A DNA stretch of 64,000 bases from NCBI RefSeq assembly GCF_009914755.1, contig NC_060926.1; one strand, 5' to 3'. The DNA is from the human T2T-CHM13v2.0 reference genome, Homo sapiens. The notes beneath the pieces were generated by a model. It did no database searches. It was not told the DNA's origin and saw nothing but the letters and a program-made list of their open reading frames with translations. The position numbers and the translations under genes are program-made. Positions 54,261-64,000 of the stretch are shown piece by piece (within the stretch, counting starts at the first letter, position 1; every line of letters starts with the position of its first letter).

Positions 54261-55799
54261 CAACAGTTCTCAGTAATGTCATTGGGAATGGCAGATTATA
54301 AACTTCCCCAAATCCTATCCTTCATAAAAGCAAAGAGAACCCTGCAAAAAATTTCAAAACCAACTTTTTCAGAACTCTAGGGATTAACCAATGTTTTGCA
54401 AGAATCCAGAAGGCATTGCTTTTTAAAGTAGCTAAATGAGGGTGGTGAGTTTTGTGGCATTTTATCTTGCCATATTTTCCAACCCTTTCTCCTGCTTCAT
54501 GGTGTCTTTGACAACTCACAGCTACAGTGAAAACCATAATCCTAGCACCACTGGAGGGGTCAGTATAAATTGAGCTCTTTCAAAACTCCATTCTCAGAGA
54601 TTAGTATTATTTGACCTACCTGGCATTTCTTTGTGGAAACTCAATCCCAAGACTGGTTTTTATTTTATTTGATATGACTCTTAGCTGAATTGTGCACAAA
54701 TAGTATTTTCTTCAGAGGTGTTTAGCAAAAAGAATCAGCAGCAATTGTTTAATGTTGTAGCTGCCTGAGGAGGTGATAACAATTGGGACAAATAAGCTAA
54801 TGAAAAATCTGTTAAGGACAAACTAGAAAATAAGATGTTAGCAGTGGGCCTTGAGAAATTCAGGCACATTCCTGGGAATCCAGAAAGTCACTCTAACATG
54901 CAGAACCATTCATATCCTCAGAAAAGATTGGAGGAGGACCTAAGCTTTCACATCTGACTGGCTTCAAGACTCTGTAAAAGGAGAAAATGAAGGCAAGACA
55001 GAGTTATAAACTGCCTGAGTGTTGCAGGCATGTTCCCCCACACATGCAGAACTCCCCAACAAAAACTGGAGGCTTATTGTTTTCTGGAACTAAAGAAACA
55101 AACAAAAATAGCAACAAATCTGTTCATTCAGTAAATGATTACTAAAGTAACCAAATAATGCTGTCAGTGGTCACTTACAACAAAGTACATAGACTTAAAG
55201 AATTAGTTTAGAAAGGTTTCTAAACAACAACAAGGAAAACAACAAATAGCAACAATAACAAATTCTGAAGAGGAGGGAGAATCTGATTTATATTATATTA
55301 TATTTATTATATTATACCATAGCATATTATATTTAGTATTTATTATAATACATTTATATGTTATATTAATTTAAAAGTCCACTTTTCAAAAAATATTATG
55401 AGACATGAAAAGAAATATGAAAGTATAGACCGTACATAAGAAAAAAGCAAACAATACAAACTTTTCATGAGGAAGCCCAGATTTGGACTTACTTGACAAA
55501 GACTTTGAACATTTTAATACAGTCAAAGAAATTGAAACCACATCTGAAGAATTAAATAAAGTATGAGCACAATGTCTCACTGAATAGAAAAAATAAAAAA
55601 TAAAAACATAGAAATGCAAAACAACAAGCCAGATTAAACTTCTGGAGTTGAAAATCTAGTATCTGAAATGGAAAATATACCACTAGAGGGAATCAACAGC
55701 AGTTTCAAGTGGACAGAGAAGATAATCTGTACACTTAAGATAGATCAATTGAGGTTATACAGTCTAAGAAACAGAATTTTTAAAATTAATAAAAATAAA

Positions 55800-55832
55800 A
55801 GTCTCATGCTCTACTGACTGAGCTAGCTGGGC
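55800..55832 (-). pseudogene. Tailless retrocopy of the 5' half of tRNA-Lys(CTT)
   Basis: Minus strand GCCCAGCTAGCTCAGTCAGTAGAGCATGAGACT is 31/33 identical to the recalled tRNA-Lys-CTT 5' half (both differences CpG>CpA); perfect 19-bp TSD aaaattaataaaaataaaa. Confidence 0.92.
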
Positions 55833-56294
55833 TTCCAAAAATTAATAAAAATAAAAAGAGCCTTTTAAAGTTTCGAGGCAACATCAATTACATCAACATA
55901 TTTATAATGGGAATTCTAGATGCAGATGAGAAAAGAAAGTGGAAAGAATATTTGAAGATATAATGGCTAATAACTCCTCAAATTTATTGAAAACATTATA
56001 TACACACCCATAAAACTCAAGGGCATATGCAAATAGGATAAACTCAAAGATATACCCAACTAAATACATCCATGATTAAACTCTCAAAAGTCAAAGACTA
56101 AGAATCTTGAAAGCACCAAGGAAAAAAGGACTCATTATGTACAAAGCAGCCTGAATGAAATCCTGTCAGACATCATAGAAGCCAGAACACAGTGAGGTGG
56201 TATATTCAAATCAAAGGAAAAGAAAAAAGAAAACTATCAACGAAGAATTCTGCATTCAGTAAAACTGTTCTTTAAAACTTAAGGAAGAATTCAA

Positions 56295-56590
56295 GGCCAG
56301 GACACTGTGGCTCATGCCTATAATCCCAGCACTTTAGGAGGCCAAGGCAGGTGGATCACCTGAGGTCAAGAGTTCAAGACCAACCTGGCCAACATGGTGA
56401 AACCCTGTCTCTACTAAAAATACAAAAATTAGCTGGGTGTGGTGGCGCTTCCCTGTAATCCCAGCTCCTCAGGAGGCTGAGGTAGGAGAATCGCTACCCG
56501 GGAGGCAGAGGTTGCCGTTAGTCAAGATCGTGCCACTGCACTCCATTCTGAGTGGCAGAGCGAGACTTTATCTCAAGAAAAAAAAAAAAA
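56295..56590 (+). mobile_element. AluSx-like
   Basis: Full dimer; 21-bp TSD aaaacttaaggaa(g/a)aattcaa. Confidence 0.95.
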
Positions 56591-57145
56591 AAAACTTAAG
56601 GAAAAATTCAATGTATCTATATAATAAACACAGAGAATTTGCTTTATTAGAGCTATTCTACAAAAAGCATCAAGAGGTATATCTTAAAGTAAAATGAAAA
56701 AAAAACTACATAGCTACACAGTAACTTGAATCCACATGAAGAAAAGTCAACAGTAAAAGTAAGTATGTAGGTCAATATAAAACAAAGTATAAATGTATGT
56801 TTGTATGTAACACTTTATTTTATTTGACTTAAAAGCAATCGCATAAAGCAATTATAAATTTGTGTTCATAGGCATACAATGTATAAACAGGGAATTTATA
56901 TGTCAATAATGAAAGAAACGAGGAAGTACAAGCAGAGATATATAGATGTGGACTTTTTAAAATATGCTCTTGAAATGAAGCTGGTGTTAATGTGAAATAA
57001 ATTTTTATGAATTAAGATGGTAATTGTAATCCCCAGGGTAACCAATAAGGAGCTAATTTTAAACATATACAGTAGAAGAAATGATAGTGAGTTAAACTGG
57101 TACATTAAAAAAAACCATCTATTTAACATAAAAGAATGCAATAAT

Positions 57146-57456
57146 GGCTGGGCACGGTGGTTCATGCCTGTAATCCCAGCACTTTGGGAGGCCGAGGCGG
57201 GCAGATCACCTGAGGTCGAGATTTCAAGACCAGCCTGACCAACATGAAGAAACCTCATCTTTACTAAAAATGCAAAATTAGCCAGGGTTGGTGGCACATG
57301 CCTGTAATCCCAGCTACTTGGGAGGCTGTGGCAGGGGAACTGCTTGAACCCAGGAAGTAGAAGTTTTGGTGAGCCAAGATTGTGCCATTGCACTCTGGCC
57401 TGGGCAACAAGACCGAAACTGCATTAAAAAAAAAAAAAAAAAAATCCCCCCCCAAC
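57146..57456 (+). mobile_element. AluSp-like
   Basis: cctgaccaacatgaagaaac diagnostic; TSD aaaag(a/t)atgcaataat. Confidence 0.93.
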
Positions 57457-59350
57457 AAAAGTATGCAATAATGGAGAAGCTGAGAAACAAACAAGACATA
57501 ACATTGGAAACAAATTTTAAAATTGAAGACATAAATCCTACTTTATCTTTAATTACATTAAATGTAAATGGATTAAATACTCCAACCAAAAGACAGAGGC
57601 TGACAGAACGGATTAGGAAAAAACAAACATGATCTAAACATATGCTGTATACAAGAGATACACTTTAGATTCAAAGACACAAAAAGGTTGAAGGTGAAAT
57701 TATAAAAAAAGATATACTATGCAAACAATAACAAAAATAGATGTGGAAAAGTAAAAGTGATACTAATACCAGACAAGATATTTCAAAGGCAGAAGGTGTT
57801 ATTAGAGACAAAGGAGGATATTTCACAATGACACAAGAGTCATTATTTCAAGATGTTATAATACTTATAAATATATATGTACCTAAAAACAGAACCCAAA
57901 ATATATAAATCAAAAATTGACAGAATTGAATGGAATAATAGACAATTTGACATTGAAGGTATTAATATCCTACTTCTAATTATAAATAGAATAACTACAC
58001 AGAGAGTCAACAAAAAAAAGACTTTATCAAGGCATTGAACTAACTAAACTTAACAGACATTTATACAACATTCCACCAAACAACTGTAGAAAACAAATTT
58101 TTTACAATTGCTAAAAAAAATTCTCCAGGATAGATAATATGCTAAGTCATATGGCAAACCTCAATAAATTAAAAACAATTGAAATAATAAAAAGATATTT
58201 TTCAACCACAAAAAAGAAGGAAATTTGAAAAATGCACAAATATGTGGAAATTAAACAACACACTCAGAAATAACCAATAGGCCAAATAAAAAATCACAAA
58301 GGCAATTAAAATATACTTTAGGCCAATTAAAATAAGAATACACCATACAAAATCTTAGGAATCCGTAAAGCAGTGCCAAGAGGAAAATTTATAGCTGTAA
58401 ACACCCATGTTAAAAATGAAAATGGTCACATATTAATAATCTAAATACCCACCTTAAAATACTGGGAAAATAAGAGAAAACTAAACCCAGAACAGGTTGA
58501 AAGAAAAAAAATAATAATGTGAGCAGGAAAAATTAAATAGGGAATTAAAATTTCAAGAATTTCAATGAAATCATCAACTGGTTCTTTGAACAGATAAACA
58601 AAATTGATGGCCCTTTAGCTAGACCAAGAAATAAGACCCAAACTAAATCAGTGAAGAGAAAAGCATATTAATACTGACATTAAAAAGCAAAAAGGATTAT
58701 AAATAAATATGATTACCATTTTTGTGCAAATACATTATATAATATACATGAAATTAAGAAATTTATAAAACTGACTCTAGAACAGATGAAAAATATGAAA
58801 AGAGATGTAAAAGAAAAGTGATGAAATTACTAAATTAAATGTAGCACACACACATTTACAAACACACACAGAAATACAATACTCCAGAACAAGATGGTTT
58901 CACTGACAAATTCTTTAAATTATTTAATTAAAATTAGACTAATTATTTTAAAACTCTTCTTAAAATAGAAGTCAAGAGAACTTTTTGTAACAGGTTCTAT
59001 GAGGCCATTTTTACCCTGGTAACAAATCAGGCAAATATATTACAGGCAAAGAAAACTACAGACTGTTAGCCCTTATGCATATAGATACAAAAGTGTTCAA
59101 TGCAATATCAGAAACCAAATCCAGCAACATATAAAAACTATTACAAACCATGATTAAGTGGGATTTATCATAAAGATGCAAAAGTGTCTCAATATACAGA
59201 AATCAATCAATGTAACACACCATATTATAAAATAAAGGACAAACACCACATGGTCATTTCAATAGACAAAGACAAAAATGTCATTTAATTAAATACAATA
59301 ATTTTTCATTATAAAGACACTCAACAAACTATGAATAAAAAAATACTTCC

Positions 59351-59628
59351 CATATCCTTAACAGTACACTAATACAGGAACAGAAAACCAAATAGAGCAT
59401 GTTTTCATTATAAGTGGGAGCTAAATGATGAGAACACATGGACACATAGAGGGGACCAACACACAGTGGGGCCTATCAGAGGGTGGAGGACAGGTGGAGG
59501 AAAAATAACTAACGGGTACTAGGCTTAATATCTGGGTGATGGAATAATCTGTACAACAAACCCCCATGACACACATTTGCCTATGTAACAAACCTGCACT
59601 TGTACCCCTGAACTTAAAAGTTTAAAAA
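59351..59628 (+). mobile_element. L1PA10-13-like 3' end inserted in the older L1
   Basis: caggaacagaaaaccaaat...gctaaatgatgagaacacatgg...aataatctgtacaacaaaccccc...cctgaacttaaaagtt; degenerate TSD aaatacttcc/agatgcttcc. Confidence 0.88.
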
Positions 59629-60756
59629 AGATGCTTCCTCATGCAGATAAAAGGCATTTATGAAAAACCCACAATTGACCCACAATTATTCTTCATAGTG
59701 AAAGGCTGAAAACTTCCCCTCTATGAGCAGAAACAAGATAGTAATATCTCCTCTTGTTACTTCTATTCAACATTCTACTTGAGGTTCTATTCAAGGCAAA
59801 TGGACAAGAAAAAAGAATTAAAGGCATTCAAATTGGAATAGAAGAAGTAAAACTATTCCTAGTCACAGATGACAGGATCTTGTATGTAAGAAAACCCAAG
59901 AAGTGCTCCTCACTGCAAAAAAAGCCTCTTATAAGTGATGAATGAATCCACAGGTTGTGATATACAAGATCAATATATAAACATTAATTATCTTTTTATA
60001 CACTATGAACTATCCTAAAATGAAATTAAGAGAAGAATTTTATTTACTGCAGAATAGAAAAGAATAAAATTCGTATAATACATAAATATCTAAATAAATT
60101 AAGGATATTTTGTGTTCATGAGCTATATTTAATATTGTTAAGAAAGTAATACTCCCCAAATTGATCTACAGATTTAATGCAATCTCTGTCAAAATTCTAG
60201 CTGCTTTTGCTGTTATCCTAAATTTCATATGGAAATACTTGAGACCCAAAATAGTCAAAACAATCTTAACAAAAAAAGAACAAATTCGGAAGACTCAACT
60301 TCCCAATTTCAAAACTTACTAAAAAGCTGCAGAAATCAAGACAGCATGGTATTGGCATAAGGATAGATGGATAGACATATGTATCAACGAAGAGAATTGA
60401 AAGCCCAGAAATAAATCCATATATCTATGGTCAATTGATTTTTGACAAAGGTTCCAAGGCGATTCAATGGAAAAAAATGTTCTTTCCAACTAATGGCGCT
60501 GGAAAACTGGATATCTATGTAAAAAAGAATGATGTTGAACTTACTAAGTTAACAACACATAGAAAATTAACTCAAGAAAATCAAAGAATTAAATTCAAGA
60601 AATAAAACTAAAACCTATTTAGTTAGAAAACATGACCATATATCTACATAACCTTGGATTAGGCATGGTTTCTTAAATATGACATGAAAAACACAAGTAA
60701 GAAAAAATAGATAAATTGAAATATTTTAAATTATTTTATAATTCAACAAGGGATAA

Positions 60757-61062
<306 letters not shown>

Positions 61063-61357
61063 AACTTCTTCACTTTTCCAGCTCAAACATCTTTCTCTCA
61101 TCTCCTCAAATATGCGAAATTAGAGAAGATTAGAAGAATTGTTCTTACATAGTTGTCATAACAAGGGAAATTACACTTTTGGTAAAGATACTTTATTGTG
61201 ACCAAGTTGACAAGATCTTAGGTCCTAAGAAACGAAAAAGGCAGAGAAAGATCTCTGGCTCTGTGCTCCAAGGCTACCTTCTGTCCTTTGCTCCTCTGCA
61301 AATGACTTTCATCAGTTAGTGCTCTCGTGTGGCACGATTCAACTTTTTTTTTTTTGT

Positions 61358-63720
61358 CTCAGCATTTTGTATATGTTGTAAAGTACAGGTTATATTGTTT
61401 TTGCATACAGATATCAAAATATTTCAGCACAATATTTAAAAGACTATCCATAACCCATTGATTTACATTAGCATTTTATAAAAAAATTAAACACAAATTT
61501 GTGTTTATTCCTAGACTTTCTGTGATTTTCCATTGATCTATAAGTGTACTGTTACACCAACACCACAGTGTCCTGATTACTGACATCTTGAAATCAGGCA
61601 GTAAAATTCTTCCATTTTGTCCTTCTTTTATACAATTTTTATTCTAGGTTATTTATATTTTACATTACTTTCAGATAAGCTAGTTAATTTTTGCAAAAAA
61701 AAAAAAAAAACACGTTGAGGTGTTGATTGGGATTATCTTGCTGCTAGAGGTTAATTTGGGAACACTTTAAATCTTAATATCAAGTCTCTCAATTAATGAA
61801 CGTTATGTAACTCATCATATATATAGGTCTCTTTAAATTTCTCTTAGCAATACTTGGTAGTTTTGGGCATACATGTCTTCTAGATTTTTTGTTAAATTTA
61901 TCCAGTACTATTTCATATTTTTGCTGTCATTGTAAATGGTTTTTTTTATTAAACTGTCAATTATGTGTACATATTACTATATACATGTATTATATACATA
62001 TATATACATATATTATGTGTATATATTACATATACACAACATATACAATGTATATATTACATATACACATAATTGTATGTGTTGTAAAGTAGAGGTTAAA
62101 TTGTTGTATATTGTTATTATTACTTCTGAAATATTCAATGAATTTAACAGTTAACTTATCTGACAATAGGAATGTCTTTGTGTGAAGATTGATATTTAGA
62201 ATGCCCATTCATTTCATAGATACAGAGGACTCTTCTTGGGATGCTTTGGCAGTTTGTATCTGAAAAAAATTTTCCATTCTATCTAAGTTTTATAATTAAT
62301 TAAAACAAATATGTTAATAATAGTTTTTATTAGTTTTTTAATGTTTGTAGTATTGATAGTAATGTCTCCCTTTTCACTTCTGCTATTGGTAATTTATTTC
62401 ATTTTTATTTCTGATCATTCTAGATAGGCTTTATCAAATTAATTGATTTGTTCAAAGACATGTCTTTTTATTTTATTATTATTATTATATTGGTACTTTC
62501 TATTTTATTGATTTCTACTCTTAGCATTATTATTACTTTTATTCTACTACCTTGGGCATAAATTGCTCTTCTTTTTCCAGACCTTTAACTTAGAAATATG
62601 TAGGAAATATGTAACTAGGAAATATTAAAACTAATGGCAAAAACCACAATTACTTTTGCATTGACATATAGTTACAGCCTTGAGAAATTATATTTTCCTA
62701 ATATTTGCTTTTAGTGCTATAAATTTCCCACTAAGCACTGTTTTAACTTCATCTTACATATTTTATATGCTGTGATGTTATTATCATTGTAATTACTCTT
62801 TTCCTTTTTGATTTCTGTGTTCAGTTTTTAATATTTACGAATTACATATATCTTTCACTTACTGACTTTTTAGTTGAATTTTGTTGCAATCTGATAACTT
62901 ATTTAATGTGATTTCTGATTTTGAAAATTTTAAAAACTGTTTAATGGCTCAAAATATAGCCTACCTTCATGAAGCTTCCTCATCTCTTGAAAATATCTAA
63001 TCCGCGGTTACATGATGGAGTTTTCCATAGTATCAGGTAGGTTCATTTAGTTGATATCATTGTTCAAATGTCCTATATCCTTACTAATTTTCTCTCTAAT
63101 TGCTGTATCAATTACTATAAGAGTATATAAGAATAAAGAGGTTTTTTTAGCTATAATTGAAAATTTGTCTGTTTTATTTGTTTGGTTTCTTTGTTGTTGT
63201 TTTTCCATGAGTTACTGATTCCTGTATTTTGAAATGCTATTATTAGATAAATACACATTTAGGATTGTGATTGCCTCTTAAAAATTTTACCCCTTTTCTG
63301 ATTTCTTAATTCTTTATGTAAAGTATATACAATTATTATTGTCACATTGACTTTGTTTATCCATCATTTTCCCTTTATGTCTTTTCTGTTTTCTTTTGAG
63401 ATTTTATATTTTTACAGTTTTTTAAATAGATTTCTTATTCACTATTGCCTTATTAGATATATCTGATAAACAATATCTGATTATTTTATTATATAGTAGT
63501 CACTCTAAAGTTTGCAAGATGCATCTTTAATTATCACAAATTACCAAAAAAGGTAAAATACCACTTTATGCATAATATACTTCTATTACCTCCTTCTGTT
63601 ATTGCACATTCTACTTTTACTTTTGCTAGAAACATATTCATATATGTGTATGCATGTGGTGTGTGTGTGAGTGATGTGTTATTTTATAAATACATTGTGC
63701 TATAAACATAGATTTTTAGT
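61358..63720 (-). mobile_element. Old L1 ORF2 (continuation of the 52785-54260 element)
   Basis: aaagactatcc, ttccattgatcta, tcttgaaatcagg, gtgctataaatttccc, cctatatccttactaatttt, acacatttaggattgt. Confidence 0.8.
62633..62660. mobile_element. MADE1 half (single TIR fragment)
   Basis: aatggcaaaaaccacaattacttttgca. Confidence 0.8.
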
Positions 63721-63738
63721 TTAAGCTTTTTTTATTAA

Positions 63739-64000
<262 letters not shown>

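Larger units (their letters stand above)
54270..60735 (+). mobile_element. Near full-length old L1M (5' UTR, ORF1 ~55390-56700, ORF2 from ~57530), 3' end missing
   Basis: ORF1 relics (LLELK-like, RILKAP); ORF2 [48 protein letters not shown]. Confidence 0.9.

Overview
AT-rich, CpG-poor primate (hominoid-type) genomic DNA that is intergenic or deep intronic. I find no credible protein-coding gene. The ORF track consists of chance ORFs, Alu read-through and decayed retroelement fragments. Most of the window is interspersed repeat: about 12 full or near-full Alus plus fragments, several nested old L1s, L2/MIR/CR1 relics, MaLR LTRs, one two-LTR MaLR provirus, a decayed ERV-L (RNase H-integrase-dUTPase plus MLT2 LTR), MER21, an LTR12/ERV9 solo LTR inserted into an AluJ, Tigger1, MER1A and MADE1. 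The most notable details are a TSD-flanked tailless retrocopy of the 5' half of tRNA-Lys(CTT) inside an old L1 (55801-55837), a twin-primed L1 micro-insertion with visible priming microhomology (16843-17043), a young L1PA2-type stub, a 92-bp inverted self-duplication inside the MaLR provirus, several short locally templated fold-back insertions, and the CCAAT-rich, CpG-rich LTR12 promoter. I see no evidence of a new multi-gene system. Subfamily calls were made by eye from recalled consensus sequences, and boundaries of old repeats are approximate.
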